Assembly: GCA_043809315.1 (NCBI GenBank) | Contig: JAZDDX010000007.1 | Location: 32,001-96,000 of the forward strand | Direction: 5' to 3' | Origin: Pseudomonadota bacterium | Lineage (GTDB): Bacteria; Bdellovibrionota_G; JALEGL01; DATDPG01 | Length of the DNA: 64,000 nucleotides | Part shown: one piece after another, positions 17,690 to 28,206 of the stretch | Layout of the letters: each line of letters begins with the position of its first letter | Numbering within the stretch: the stretch's first letter is position 1 | Notes under the pieces: model-generated | Database searches by the model: none | What the model was told of the DNA's origin: nothing | Seen by the model: the letters and a program-made list of their open reading frames with translations, nothing else | Program-made: the position numbers and the translations under genes

Positions 17690-19525
17690 TTGAATTTCTT
17701 CGAGCGCGAAGAGCGGTCCCGAAAAAAGACCCGATGGCTCGTCGTTATCTACGCCATCGCGGTTGCTCTGATTCTCGCCGCCGTCTACTCCGCCCTTCGA
17801 ATCACCTACCTCTTCATGGAGATTCACCACGGACACAGCTCGGAACTCCCGGACTTCCGATTCTTCGATCCCCGCTTTTTCGCCTGGACCGCCGCGGGAA
17901 CCCTGGCGGTGATCGTCGTCGGGAGCCTGGTCAAGATCTCCGCCCTCTCGGATGGCGGGAGCGCCGTCGCCGAGGATCTGGGGGGGACAAAGATCGAGCC
18001 GAACACCCGGGATCTGGATGAAAAGAAGCTCCGGAACGTCGTGGAGGAGATGGCGATCGCTTCGGGGTTGCCAGTTCCCGAGATCTTCGTCCTCACGAAC
18101 GAGCCGGCCATCAACGCCTTCGCGGCCGGGTTCACCCCCAAAGACGCAGCGATCGGCGTCACTCGCGGCACGATGATGAAGCTCAACCGGGATGAGCTCC
18201 AAGGGGTGATCGGCCACGAGTTCAGCCACATCTTAAACAGCGACACGCGCCTGAATCTGCGTTTGACCGGTCTTCTCGCTGGAATCTTCTTTCTCTCCCA
18301 GATCGGGTACGGGATCCTCCGAGGAAGTGGACGGTCCAAGGGGGGAGCACCGATCGGTCTTTTGGGATTTCTCCTCCTTGTGATCGGCTACATCGGCGTC
18401 TTCTTCGGCCGGTTGATCCAGGCCGCCGTCAGCCGCCAGCGGGAGTTTCTGGCGGACGCCTCCGCCGTGCAGTTCACACGAAATCCGGGGGGGATCGTTT
18501 CGGCGCTCCGGAAGATCGGGGGGGAGGCGGGCGGGTCGTTCCTCAAGGATCACCACGCATCCGAGTTCTGTCACATGACCTTCGCAACGGCGATCGGCTC
18601 CCGTCTCATGGCCCTCTTCGCCACGCACCCTCCCCTCTCCGAACGGATCCGCGCGATCGATCCGACGTTCCGGGGGGAAGTGACCGATCTGCCGGAGTAT
18701 CTGGAGACGGAGAAGATGCAGACGGCTACGCTCCTCGCTTCGGCCGGGCATTCCTCGGCGAAGAATCTTTCGGATGCCTCGACCGTCCTTGCGTCTCGTC
18801 CTCCTTTCATCGAAACGGCGCTGACCGATCCGATCGGGGCACGCTCCGTCGTCTACGCGCTGGTCGCGGCGGAGGGAACCGATTCCGCCCGCTTGGCCGA
18901 AATCGTAACGTCGAACGATCGCGCCGCGGCCGGACGTTTGTCGGAAGTTCAAACCGGCCTCGCCTCCTGGGCGAACCGGGACCGCCTTGCGATCTTGAAC
19001 CTCGCGATTCCGGCGCTTCGGCGCCTGTCGCCGGCGGAAATGATTTCGCTCCGAACGACGCTGGAAAAACTCGTCCGCGCGGACGGGAAGGTCAGCACGT
19101 TCGAGTACCTGTTGGTGAAGTCGCTCGAGCGCTCCTTGAAAAGTCGCGTGGGATCACCGGACCGGGGGAGAATTTCGTTCCGCACGTTGGGGCCGATCGA
19201 ATCGAAAGCGGCCAACCTTCTTGCTTTCTTGGCGCACAGCGGATCGGACCAGACGGCTTCGGTCGAGACCGCTTATCGGAATGGGCTCAAGCGACTGACC
19301 CGCAACATGTACCCGGTCCTGCCGAAAGAGAACTGCGACGCTCAAACTCTTCACGACAGTCTGGAACCGCTGGCGAACGCTGCGCCTCTCTTGAAACAGG
19401 AACTTCTCGAGGCGTGCGCCGCCACCGTCGAAACGGACGGGAAGGTGACGAGATCGGAGGCGGAACTCCTCCGCGCCGTCGCCGACACCCTCGGCGTTCC
19501 GTTACCACCGCTTCTGACAATGTAG
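17690..19525 (+). CDS. M48 (HtpX-like) zinc metalloprotease with C-terminal TerB-like repeats
   Basis: INAFAAG, GHEFSH, SRQREFLADA, THPPL; DGKV..E motifs. Confidence 0.9.
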   Translation: MNFFEREERSRKKTRWLVVIYAIAVALILAAVYSALRITYLFMEIHHGHSSELPDFRFFDPRFFAWTAAGTLAVIVVGSLVKISALSDGGSAVAEDLGGTKIEPNTRDLDEKKLRNVVEEMAIASGLPVPEIFVLTNEPAINAFAAGFTPKDAAIGVTRGTMMKLNRDELQGVIGHEFSHILNSDTRLNLRLTGLLAGIFFLSQIGYGILRGSGRSKGGAPIGLLGFLLLVIGYIGVFFGRLIQAAVSRQREFLADASAVQFTRNPGGIVSALRKIGGEAGGSFLKDHHASEFCHMTFATAIGSRLMALFATHPPLSERIRAIDPTFRGEVTDLPEYLETEKMQTATLLASAGHSSAKNLSDASTVLASRPPFIETALTDPIGARSVVYALVAAEGTDSARLAEIVTSNDRAAAGRLSEVQTGLASWANRDRLAILNLAIPALRRLSPAEMISLRTTLEKLVRADGKVSTFEYLLVKSLERSLKSRVGSPDRGRISFRTLGPIESKAANLLAFLAHSGSDQTASVETAYRNGLKRLTRNMYPVLPKENCDAQTLHDSLEPLANAAPLLKQELLEACAATVETDGKVTRSEAELLRAVADTLGVPLPPLLTM

Positions 19526-19538
19526 ATGTAGAAAAAAG

Positions 19539-19847
19539 TTACGAACCGCTCGGGTTCGATGCGCCGGCGGCCCGGTGATCGACGATCTCTTTGAGCTCTT
19601 TCCCGACTTTGAAGAACGGGAGTTTCTTGGAACGCACTTCGACCTTGTCCCCCGTCTTCGGGTTCCGGCCGACGTACGGCTTATAATGTTTCACTTTGAA
19701 GCTTCCGAAGCCGCGGATCTCGATCCGGTCTCCGGCTTTCATCGCTTCCGTCATGGAGTTGAAAACGTGATCGACGATCGACTCGGCCTGCTTCTTTGAC
19801 AGCTTCCCTTGCTCGGCCAGTTTTTCGATGAGATCGGACTTGGTCAT
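19539..19847 (-). CDS. ihfB: Integration host factor beta / HU family protein
   Basis: MTKSDLIE, RIEIRGFGSF, GRNPKTG. Confidence 0.85.
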   Translation of the reverse strand: MTKSDLIEKLAEQGKLSKKQAESIVDHVFNSMTEAMKAGDRIEIRGFGSFKVKHYKPYVGRNPKTGDKVEVRSKKLPFFKVGKELKEIVDHRAAGASNPSGS

Positions 19848-20018
19848 CGGTCGGCTCCTTACGGGCGGATCAGGCTCCTCGAATTCACTAATTAAATCGG
19901 CATTTTGTAATGCCGCACTGAAGACTATTCTAGCCTAACACCTTGAAATTACGAAAGGAAATTCCGTACCCCGGACACAATCCGGCGGTCGCGCGCAAGT
20001 TGCTGAAATTACGGTGCT

Positions 20019-21266
20019 TTACTGATTCATCGAATCGAGGAACTCCTCGTTCGACTTCGTTTTCGTGAACTTGTCGAGCAGGAATTCCATTGCATCGACA
20101 CCGTTCAGCGGTTGCAAAAGCTTCCGCAAAATCCAAACGCGGTTCAACACCGAGTCGGAAAGAAGGAGCTCTTCCTTCCGCGTTCCCGACTTGTTGATGT
20201 CGATCGCCGGGAAAATTCGCCGGTCGGCCAGTTTTCGGTCGAGGTTGATCTCCATGTTGCCGGTTCCTTTGAACTCTTCGAAGATCACCTCGTCCATCCG
20301 CGAGCCGGTGTCGACCAGCGCCGTCGCGACGATCGTCAGGCTCCCGCCCTCCTCGATGTTCCGCGCGGCTCCGAAGAATCGCTTCGGGCGGTGGAGCGCG
20401 TTCGAGTCGACACCACCCGAGAGGATCTTCCCCGACGGGGGGACGACGGAGTTGTAGGCGCGAGCGAGGCGCGTGATCGAGTCGAGAAGGATCACGACAT
20501 CTTTCTTGTGTTCGACCAGCCGTTTGGCTTTTTCGATCACCATTTCCGCCACTTGGACGTGTCGTTGCGCCGGCTCGTCGAACGTGGAGCTGACGACCTC
20601 CCCTTGGACGGTCCGTTCCATATCGGTCACTTCCTCGGGGCGTTCGTCGATCAGAAGAACGATCAGGACCACTTCCGGGTGGTTCGCCGTGATCGACTTC
20701 GCGATGTTCTGCAGGATGATCGTTTTCCCGGCGCGCGGCGGGGAGACGATGAGGCCTCGTTGCCCTTTCCCGATCGGGCACAAGAGATCCATGACCCTCG
20801 TCGTGTATTCCTTGCCGTTCGATTCGAGTTTGAGCCGTTCATTCGGGTAGAGGGGGGTTAGGTTGTCGAACAGGATCTTGTCCCGCGCGACGTCGGGGGC
20901 ATCGAAGTTGACCGAGTCGACCTTCAAGAGGGCGAAGTACCGCTCGGAATCTTTCGGGGGACGGATCGTCCCTTTGATCGTGTCGCCGGTCCGTAAGTTG
21001 AACCTGCGGATCTGCGAAGGGGAAACGTAGATGTCATCCGGCCCGGGGAGGTAGCTGTAGTCCGGAGCCCGGAGGAACCCGAAGCCGTCCGGCAGGATCT
21101 CGAGAACCCCTTCCGCCTCGATCGCGCTGTCGGTCTGCGAAGCGGCCTGGAGGATCGCGAAGATCAGCTCCTGCTTCCGCAGCCCCGCCGCGTTCTCGAC
21201 GTTCATCTCCTTGGCGAGAGCCGCCAGGTCGTTGATTTTTTTCTCTTTCAGTTCTCGTAGATTCAT
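20019..21266 (-). CDS. rho: Transcription termination factor Rho
   Basis: [38 protein letters not shown]. Confidence 0.98.
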   Translation of the reverse strand: MNLRELKEKKINDLAALAKEMNVENAAGLRKQELIFAILQAASQTDSAIEAEGVLEILPDGFGFLRAPDYSYLPGPDDIYVSPSQIRRFNLRTGDTIKGTIRPPKDSERYFALLKVDSVNFDAPDVARDKILFDNLTPLYPNERLKLESNGKEYTTRVMDLLCPIGKGQRGLIVSPPRAGKTIILQNIAKSITANHPEVVLIVLLIDERPEEVTDMERTVQGEVVSSTFDEPAQRHVQVAEMVIEKAKRLVEHKKDVVILLDSITRLARAYNSVVPPSGKILSGGVDSNALHRPKRFFGAARNIEEGGSLTIVATALVDTGSRMDEVIFEEFKGTGNMEINLDRKLADRRIFPAIDINKSGTRKEELLLSDSVLNRVWILRKLLQPLNGVDAMEFLLDKFTKTKSNEEFLDSMNQ

Positions 21267-21412
21267 AAAACCCCCAAGGGACACCCAAGACCGGAGCCGG
21301 TTACCGCGAAGACATCAAGTCGTTGTCGAATGCCGAAGCTTGCTGGCTGGGTGCTGCTAGATGCGCGCGGATCATGCCACGGACGTGCCGCGTGTCAAGC
21401 GGCCAGCTCAAT

Positions 21413-21489
21413 TGGTCGGGGCGACGGGATTTGAACCAGCGACCTCTTGGTCCCGAACCAAGCGCTCTACCAGGCTGAGCTACGCCCCG
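21413..21489 (-). tRNA. tRNA-Pro(CGG)
   Basis: CGGGGCGTAGCTCAGCCTGGTAGAGCG; CTTGG-TTCGGGA-CCAAG; GGTTCAAATCC; CCA. Confidence 0.97.
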
Positions 21490-21630
21490 ACCGTCCTTGA
21501 AGAAGAAAGGGCAATGGTTTCGCAACCCTGCGCCAGGCCCCTTTCAAGGGAACGGGACACTAAACAATTCGCCCCCCGACGTAAACAGGTTTCTCGGGTC
21601 GGCTCCCCCCTGTGATAGAATCGCCGTCAT

Positions 21631-22494
21631 ATGAGGTTTTCCGCCGCGCCGTACCGGATCCTCGCCGTTGCGGCCCTTTTCCTGGTTGTCTCCCCTCTCT
21701 TTGCAGCCGGATCGAAGTCGTCCGACCCCAAGCCGGGCGAAGCCGGCGACTATCTCGAGGCGGTCACGCGTGCCAAAGAGATGGAGGTGGGCGATCAGAT
21801 CGACCTCTGGCGCCGCTTCCTCGACAAGCATCCGCAGACCTCGTTTCGGGACGAGATCGAGGGAAACATGCGGAATCTGGACGAGCTTTTGACCGAAACC
21901 GATCCGATCCGGAAGCGGGAGCAGAAAGATTCGGACCGGTATCTCCGGGCGGTCGAGTTCTCGCGGAAGATCCCGACCGACGATCAGATCGATCTCTGGG
22001 AACAGTATCTGGAGGAGCGTCCGAACACGATGTACCGGAAGGAGATCGTGCAACGCCTCGAGGAACTGCGTGCCAAACAACCGAAGACGAAGCCGCAGCC
22101 GGCGCCGGGAAAACCCTCCGCGGCGGTCGGACCGGTCGCGAAGCCGGCTGAAATCCCGATCAACCCCCGACTGCCGTTCAAGGACAAACAGACGGCGATC
22201 CTACTTGGGACGTTCCCCGGCCTCATCGTGCCGGGACTCGCGCACTGGTACACAAAGGACTATGTGATTGCCGGAACGTTGACCGGCCTTCGAGTCGGCG
22301 GATTGGCGATCGGGATCCCGGGGATCGTCGGCGGGAACAAGGTCATGATCGCGGCCGGTGCGATCATCGCGGGGTTCAGTTACCTCTTCGACGTGGCCGA
22401 CGCGCCGTACGCCGTCGACCGGTACAACGAGGATCTCGAGCAGAAAGCGAAGAGTTCGCCCGGGATGTCGGTCAGCTTCTCATTTCGGTTTTGA
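21631..22494 (+). CDS. Hypothetical exported protein with an internal helical duplication
   Basis: Signal peptide; two DQIDLW..F/YL...P repeats; C-terminal hydrophobic segments, ends FSFRF. Confidence 0.7.
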   Translation: MRFSAAPYRILAVAALFLVVSPLFAAGSKSSDPKPGEAGDYLEAVTRAKEMEVGDQIDLWRRFLDKHPQTSFRDEIEGNMRNLDELLTETDPIRKREQKDSDRYLRAVEFSRKIPTDDQIDLWEQYLEERPNTMYRKEIVQRLEELRAKQPKTKPQPAPGKPSAAVGPVAKPAEIPINPRLPFKDKQTAILLGTFPGLIVPGLAHWYTKDYVIAGTLTGLRVGGLAIGIPGIVGGNKVMIAAGAIIAGFSYLFDVADAPYAVDRYNEDLEQKAKSSPGMSVSFSFRF

Positions 22495-23220
22495 GGCCGG
22501 GGCCGGTTCCTTCACCAGCTGGTCCAGCAGCTCCGTCAGTCGGTCATCCTTCATCAACGCCTCGACCTTTTCGTTTTTCGCAAGCTCGTCGAAATCGCCG
22601 GTCCGAACCGCTTCGACGAACTTTTTTTCGTCGAGCGCCCCTTTGAGGTCGTATTGGGAGAGGATCTTTTCGATCTGATCTGATCGCGCAAGCCGTTCCG
22701 CCTGCTTCGGATCGATCATCGTCGTCCGGAGACGGCGCATCCGCTCCAGCATCGCCTGTTTCCCCATCGGGTTGTGTTTCGCCGCGAGTTGAAAGGCGCG
22801 GCTTTCCGGAAGTTTCGGGAACCAACCCCGGACCTGTTCCGACGGAATCAGGGCGAGAAAGCACAGAACAATCGCCAGGATCGCGGCCGTCTTCAGTGCG
22901 CCAAAGATCGCCCCGCCGAGACGGTTGACCGTTCGGAATGCCTTCACCCGACCGACTACCGCCTTCTCGATGCCGTATCCGATCAAGCGGCAGGCGAGAT
23001 AAATCGCCACCCCGACGAAGAAGATCGAGACCTTCTCCGCCATGAACTTCGAACACCCGAGCTGCCCCTGGACGAAACCGGCGGCCAACCGCCCCCATCC
23101 GGGAGCGAGAAGATAGGCCGCCACGAGCCCCAGAATCCCCATGATCTGGCTGACAATGCCGCGGATCAGGCCGAAGACCGCCGAGACCCCAATCAACCCG
23201 AGAATGATGCCGTCGACCAT
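22480..23220 (-). CDS. cvpA: CvpA (colicin V production) family membrane protein
   Basis: DGIILGLIGVSAVFGLIRG; NRLGGAIFGALK. Confidence 0.85.
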   Translation of the reverse strand: MVDGIILGLIGVSAVFGLIRGIVSQIMGILGLVAAYLLAPGWGRLAAGFVQGQLGCSKFMAEKVSIFFVGVAIYLACRLIGYGIEKAVVGRVKAFRTVNRLGGAIFGALKTAAILAIVLCFLALIPSEQVRGWFPKLPESRAFQLAAKHNPMGKQAMLERMRRLRTTMIDPKQAERLARSDQIEKILSQYDLKGALDEKKFVEAVRTGDFDELAKNEKVEALMKDDRLTELLDQLVKEPAPASKPK

Positions 23221-23228
23221 GGAATGCC

Positions 23229-24687
23229 TCAGTACGTAAACGCCACGAAGAGGGTGTCCTGCCCCCTCTTGAGCAGAAGGAGGACGGAGTCCCCTTTCTT
23301 GAGTCCGGAGATCGCGGAGAGATACGAGGCGCGGCTCTCGATCGGCTTCCGATTCACCTCGAGAATCAGATCCCCCCGACGGATCCCCTTCGCCCCCGCC
23401 GCACCGTTCGCATCGACCGCGACGACCGCGGCTCCTTTCTCCGTTCCGGGGAGATCTTTCACCAGAAGCCCCAGCTTGTCTTTGTCGGTCGGTTCCGGCG
23501 TCCCCTTTTCCGCCTCCGGATCCTCGAGCTTCGCAATCTCGACCGCGAACGTCTTCCTCTCCCCGTCGCGGATCACGACCACCTGCGCTTTTTCCCCGAT
23601 CTTCGCGTCGGCGACCGCCGCCGGAAGCTCATGCCAATCCTTGATCTCCCGCTCCTTGAATCGGACGATCACGTCCCCCGTCTTGATCCCCGCCTTGAGC
23701 GCCGGGGAGTTTTTCGCGATGTCCGACACCAACGCGCCGCTGGCGCCGGGAAGTTTGAGCGCCGTCGCCGCTTCCGGCGTGACTTTCTGGATCACGACTC
23801 CGAGCCAACCGCGGACGACTTTCCCGCTCTCTCGAAGCTTGAGCAAGACGTTCTTCGCCAGATTGATCGGGATCGCGAATCCGATCCCCTGCCCCGATGC
23901 GACGATCGCGGCGTTGATGCCGACCACCTCGCCCCTCAAGTTGAGAAGCGGCCCTCCGGAATTCCCGGGGTTGATCGACGCGTCGGTCTGGATGAACTCG
24001 TCGTACGGCCCCACCCCGATCGTCCGCTCCTTGGCGCTCACGATCCCCTGCGTCACCGTGTGCGAGAGACCGAACGGGTTCCCGATCGCGACCACCACCT
24101 CTCCCACCTTGAGTTCGTCCGAATCGCCCAGAATCACACTTCGGAGCGGTTTGGGACTTTCGATCTTCAAGAGCGCGACGTCGGTTTTCGGATCCCGGCC
24201 GATCACCTTCGCTTTGAGTTCCGACTCGTCGTGAAGGATCACCTTGATCTCGTCAGCGCGTTCCACCACGTGATTGTTCGTCACGACGTATCCCTCGGCA
24301 TCCAAAATGAACCCCCGAACCGAGACTCGACTGGCGGATCTCCTCCTGCGGCTCCCGGTTCGGAAGGCCGAAGAAACGGTCGAAGAAATCGTCCCCGAAG
24401 AGATCCCCCGGGTTCTCCATCCGGGGCTTCGGTCTCCCGCCGCGGTTCCCGAACGGCATCGGGAAGATCCCTCCGTGGGGGTTCTTGATCACCTGCACGG
24501 TTGAGACGTTCACCACCGCCTCGTCCACCTTTTCCGCGACCCGGATGTACACATCGGGGCTCAACGCCTTCAGATCGACGTTCACCCGTTCGTTCGGACG
24601 GTCCTTCCCCTCGACCCAGAGAGGGGATTCCGCCGAGACAATTCCGGAAACGGAAATGAGCAGTGCCGCAAGCCAAAGATATCGCAT
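23229..24687 (-). pseudogene. degP: DegP/DegQ (Do) serine protease with two PDZ domains, split by a +1 frameshift
   Basis: ORFs 24253-24687 and 23229-24305 join into SLGSGFILDAEGYVVTNNHVV if one base of the C5 run at 24312-24316 is removed; may be a sequencing error. Confidence 0.85.
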
Positions 24688-24742
24688 GAGATCCTCTACT
24701 TTCCGGCGTCTGGATTAACCGCCGGGGGGTGAAAGTCAAGTC

Positions 24743-26245
24743 TCAGGTTCGGGATTCACGGGTCAGACCGTACTTCTCTACCTTTCCGATCAGCGTCGCC
24801 CGACAGATCCCGAGTTCCCGCGAGAGTCTCGACTTATTCCAGCGGACGCGGCGCAACCCCTCGAGGAGGACTTGTCTCTCGACCTGTTCCAGCGTGTCCC
24901 GTAAGCGCCCCCCGAGTTTGAGTTGTGTCGAAGGTCCGGTCGACGCCAGGACCGGTACCGAAAGCATCTCATGCTCGATCACTCGTTTGCGCGCGGCCAT
25001 CACCATCGCCCGCTGCACTTCGTTCTCCAGCTGCCGGACATTTCCTGGCCAGTTGTAGGCGACCAACGCGTCCATCGCCTCGTCCGCGAACTGCTTTTCC
25101 CGGTCGACATCCGTGTGCGCATACTTTTTGAGAAAATGGTCCGTCAAAAGAGGGATGTCGGCCCGGCGCTCGCGCAGGGCGGGAACTTGGATGTTGATGA
25201 CGTTGATCCGGTAGAACAGGTCCTCGCGAAATCTCCCCTCGTCCACCATCTTCCGAAGATCCCGGTGGGTCGCCGCGATGATCCGGACATTCACTTTCTT
25301 CGGCTGCGTCCCTCCGACGGGAGTGAACGTCCCGTCCTGAAGGAACCGCAACAGCTTGACCTGGAGTGTTGCGGACATCTCGCCGACCTCATCCATGAAG
25401 AACGTCCCGCCGTCGGCCACCTCGAACAACCCCTTCTTGTCCCGGATCGCTCCCGTGAACGATCCCTTCACGTGCCCGAACAGTTCGCTCTCCAGGAGAT
25501 TCTCGTTGAACGCGGAACAGCTCTGCGACACAAACGGCCGCGCCCGCCGCAAGGAGTTGAGATGGATCGCTTTCGCCACCATCTCTTTGCCGGTCCCGTT
25601 CTCCCCCTGGATCAGGAGCGTTGATTCGCTTTCCCCCAGTTTGTCCAAGAGATGGTAGAGCCTCTGCATCGCGGGAGCCCGGCCGACGATGTCGTGAAAC
25701 CCGTGGCGGTCGACCCAGGCGTTATCCAGCCCGCCCGTTCCCCGTTGATCCGCCAGCTCGCCGTGATAGCGGCGGATCTCGCCGAGCCCAAAATTGACCA
25801 GCTCGAAGAAGTACCGGAGTTCCGTCGGTGATAGAAAAGAAGCGTCGGCCCGCGACGTGGGTTCGGTCGCGAAACTGCTCGACACGAGCGCCCCGACGAT
25901 CCGCCCCTCCAACAGGAGGGGCGCAGCCAGCGTTTTGAGCCCACCGCGACAGATCTCGAACAGACCCCCGCGCGGATAGTTCCCGAGAGAAAGCTTTTCT
26001 AGGATCTCGCCGACTCCCCGTCCATGGCCGCGTTCCGCTTCACTCTCTCCGCTGAGACAGATATGGCAGACCGGGTTGCATCCGGCGCGATCGGACTCCC
26101 AGTCCGGATCGAGCACCAACCCATCCAGATCGACGAGACACAGGTCCAAGCGCCACAGGCGCCGGACCAGATCCCGAAGACTGAGAACGGTTTTGAGATT
26201 CCGATACGACTCCACCAAACGATGGGCCGCGTCTTGTTTTGCCAT
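24743..26245 (-). CDS. Sigma-54-dependent enhancer-binding protein with PocR-like sensor domain and Fis HTH
   Basis: GENGTGKE, ESELFGHVKGSFTGA, FREDLFYR, WPGNVRQL; N-terminal NPVC...C..GL...PL. Confidence 0.9.
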   Translation of the reverse strand: MAKQDAAHRLVESYRNLKTVLSLRDLVRRLWRLDLCLVDLDGLVLDPDWESDRAGCNPVCHICLSGESEAERGHGRGVGEILEKLSLGNYPRGGLFEICRGGLKTLAAPLLLEGRIVGALVSSSFATEPTSRADASFLSPTELRYFFELVNFGLGEIRRYHGELADQRGTGGLDNAWVDRHGFHDIVGRAPAMQRLYHLLDKLGESESTLLIQGENGTGKEMVAKAIHLNSLRRARPFVSQSCSAFNENLLESELFGHVKGSFTGAIRDKKGLFEVADGGTFFMDEVGEMSATLQVKLLRFLQDGTFTPVGGTQPKKVNVRIIAATHRDLRKMVDEGRFREDLFYRINVINIQVPALRERRADIPLLTDHFLKKYAHTDVDREKQFADEAMDALVAYNWPGNVRQLENEVQRAMVMAARKRVIEHEMLSVPVLASTGPSTQLKLGGRLRDTLEQVERQVLLEGLRRVRWNKSRLSRELGICRATLIGKVEKYGLTRESRT

Positions 26246-26322
26246 TCGGTTTTCCCCCTGACCCGAAAGGACCCTTCCTGCTGTATAGGCCTTTCGCTTT
26301 CGGCGTGTCAATCGGTCGGGTC

Positions 26323-26420
26323 TTGACGCAGATAACGCGTTGTGTTATATAGCCGGCACAGTGAGTGACTGGACCAAACGGCTTAAAATTATTGACTTTT
26401 TCATGATTCGGGGGTATTAA
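26323..26420 (+). promoter_or_regulatory. Two tandem sigma70-like promoters (TTGACG-17-TATATA; TTGACT-17-TATTAA) upstream of the PilZ pair
   Basis: Motifs at 26323-26351 and 26392-26420. Confidence 0.45.
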
Positions 26421-26429
26421 GCGACTACT

Positions 26430-26846
26430 ATGGCATCGTTCCGAGAACAGCAATCCCAAGAACGTTTCGAAAAGCGGAAAATCCCCCGTTTCCCGGTCCA
26501 GCTTCCGGTCGAACTCGGGTATGGCGGAGAGGATCTCGCATCGATCTGCACCAACTTGAGCTCGGAGGGCGTTTCGATCGAGACCGCATGTCAGATCTCG
26601 GTCGGAGAGCGTCTTTCCATCCGGGTTACGATCGCACCGGAAGAGGATCCGCTCCGGATGATGGGACAGGTGATCTGGAAACGGGAAATCGGGGCGGTCA
26701 CTACCGACGCAAAGCCGATTCACGAGATCGGGGTCCGCTTCCTCCGTCCGCTCCCCTCGCCTTGGAAAACCCAGAACGAGCCGGAATACTCTGCCGATCC
26801 CACCGGGGAGGAGGAGATTCCCGAGCTTCCTCCGATGCCCCTCTAG
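26430..26846 (+). CDS. PilZ domain protein
   Basis: RKIPR (RxxxR) and NLSSEG. Confidence 0.85.
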   Translation: MASFREQQSQERFEKRKIPRFPVQLPVELGYGGEDLASICTNLSSEGVSIETACQISVGERLSIRVTIAPEEDPLRMMGQVIWKREIGAVTTDAKPIHEIGVRFLRPLPSPWKTQNEPEYSADPTGEEEIPELPPMPL

Positions 26847-26852
26847 AAGGAC

Positions 26853-27278
26853 ATGAGAACGGCGAGCCAAGAAGATTTTTATCTGAACCGCCGAGGCGGA
26901 CTGCGGGTCGATTTTCGCCACGCAATCCGGTTCCAGTCGAACCCCGACCGGCGGTTCCAGCTTGCGCACGCCATCACACAGAACCTCTCCCTCCGCGGGA
27001 TGCAGGTCTTGAGCGCCACCATCCTGGATTCCCGAAAGAAGTTTGAGGTCTGGATCCCGATCGACGGAACGACCGTCATTCCGGCCATCGCCCGGACCGA
27101 ATGGATGACCGTCGAGGACACCCTCGCCGATTCACCCTACTGGGTGCGCGGAGGGCTGTCGCTGGCGTTCCCGAAAGAGAAAGATCGGAAGCTTTACGTG
27201 GAAACCGTCCTCAAGCGCGTCGACATCGATCGTCTCAAGAAAGAGGCCGAGAGCTCCAAAGTCGGTTTCGTGTTTTAG
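26853..27278 (+). CDS. PilZ domain protein
   Basis: RGGLR and NLSLRG. Confidence 0.7.
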   Translation: MRTASQEDFYLNRRGGLRVDFRHAIRFQSNPDRRFQLAHAITQNLSLRGMQVLSATILDSRKKFEVWIPIDGTTVIPAIARTEWMTVEDTLADSPYWVRGGLSLAFPKEKDRKLYVETVLKRVDIDRLKKEAESSKVGFVF

Positions 27279-27296
27279 CTGGAATCGCGGTTCGCT

Positions 27297-27866
27297 CTAT
27301 TTAACCGAAACTTTCTTCATCTCGATCCGGTCGAGCGGATTGTCGTTCGAGTCGCGTTTCACGGCGACGATCTTGTCGGCGACGTCCAGCCCCTCGGTCA
27401 CGCGGCCGAAGACCGTGTACTGACGGTCGAGAAACGGCGAATCGTTCACGACGATGAAGAACTGGCTCCCGGCGCTGTTCGGATCCTGCGAGCGGGCCAT
27501 CGAAACCGCACCGCGGCTGTGCCGCTCGGGGTTAAACTCCGCCGGAATCATGTACCCGGGCCCTCCCCGGCCGTGCGTCGAGCGATCGGCGTTCTTGGAG
27601 TTCGGATCCCCTCCCTGAATCATGAACCCGGGAATGACCCGGTGGAACGTTGTCCCGTCGTAGAAACATTCGTTGGCAAGCTTCTTGAAATTGGCGACCG
27701 TTTTCGGCGCCACACTCGGGAGAAACTCGATAACGATTTTTCCCATCGAGGTTTCGAGGACCGCCGTGTTCCCGTCGTTCGGGGTTTTCATGGTCGAACA
27801 CTCCTTCTTGGTACAGGCGCCGAGGAACAACATGGCAACGAGAATTGTAAGTACAGATGATTTCAT
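27297..27866 (-). CDS. Cyclophilin-type peptidyl-prolyl isomerase, lipoprotein
   Basis: LGAC lipobox; FHRVIPGFMIQGGDP; SAGSQFFI. Confidence 0.93.
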   Translation of the reverse strand: MKSSVLTILVAMLFLGACTKKECSTMKTPNDGNTAVLETSMGKIVIEFLPSVAPKTVANFKKLANECFYDGTTFHRVIPGFMIQGGDPNSKNADRSTHGRGGPGYMIPAEFNPERHSRGAVSMARSQDPNSAGSQFFIVVNDSPFLDRQYTVFGRVTEGLDVADKIVAVKRDSNDNPLDRIEMKKVSVK

Positions 27867-27882
27867 CGTGATGATGGGAACG

Positions 27883-28128
27883 TTAGTTTTCTGGACGACT
27901 CTGTTTGTACAGGTCTCGGAGCTGTTTTAAAAGTCGTTCGCGTCGTTCGGTTTCCGCAGGGGAAAGATGGGTTTCTTTGACCTGCTGCACTTCGGGGCGT
28001 TTCGTCCGGGTCTCCGCCTGAACCTGCGCTGGAATCTGAGACGAAATCAATACGATTCTCGCGGCACGGGCGATCTCCGCGCAAAAGACCCCGGAAAGCA
28101 GGAGGAGAATGCCGAAAGCATTTCTCAT
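27883..28128 (-). CDS. Small hypothetical exported protein
   Basis: Signal-like N-terminus MRNAFGILLLLSGVFCA. Confidence 0.45.
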   Translation of the reverse strand: MRNAFGILLLLSGVFCAEIARAARIVLISSQIPAQVQAETRTKRPEVQQVKETHLSPAETERRERLLKQLRDLYKQSRPEN

Positions 28129-28206
28129 GATCGCGTTATAACTCTTTCGGGCTGTTGGAGTAAAGGCCTGGCGCCCCACGTCTAACTTATTGAAATAACA
28201 ACGGCA

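Noticed and set aside
15614-18229. 871-aa antisense ORF and many similar long antisense or alternative-frame ORFs
   Set aside because: They mirror well-supported genes (radA, lemA and others), as expected with high-GC codon bias
19898-19915. CGGCATT-N4-AATGCCG palindrome upstream of ihf as a sigma-54 promoter
   Set aside because: GG-to-GC spacing is 11 rather than 10 on both strands; it could be an operator but is unsupported
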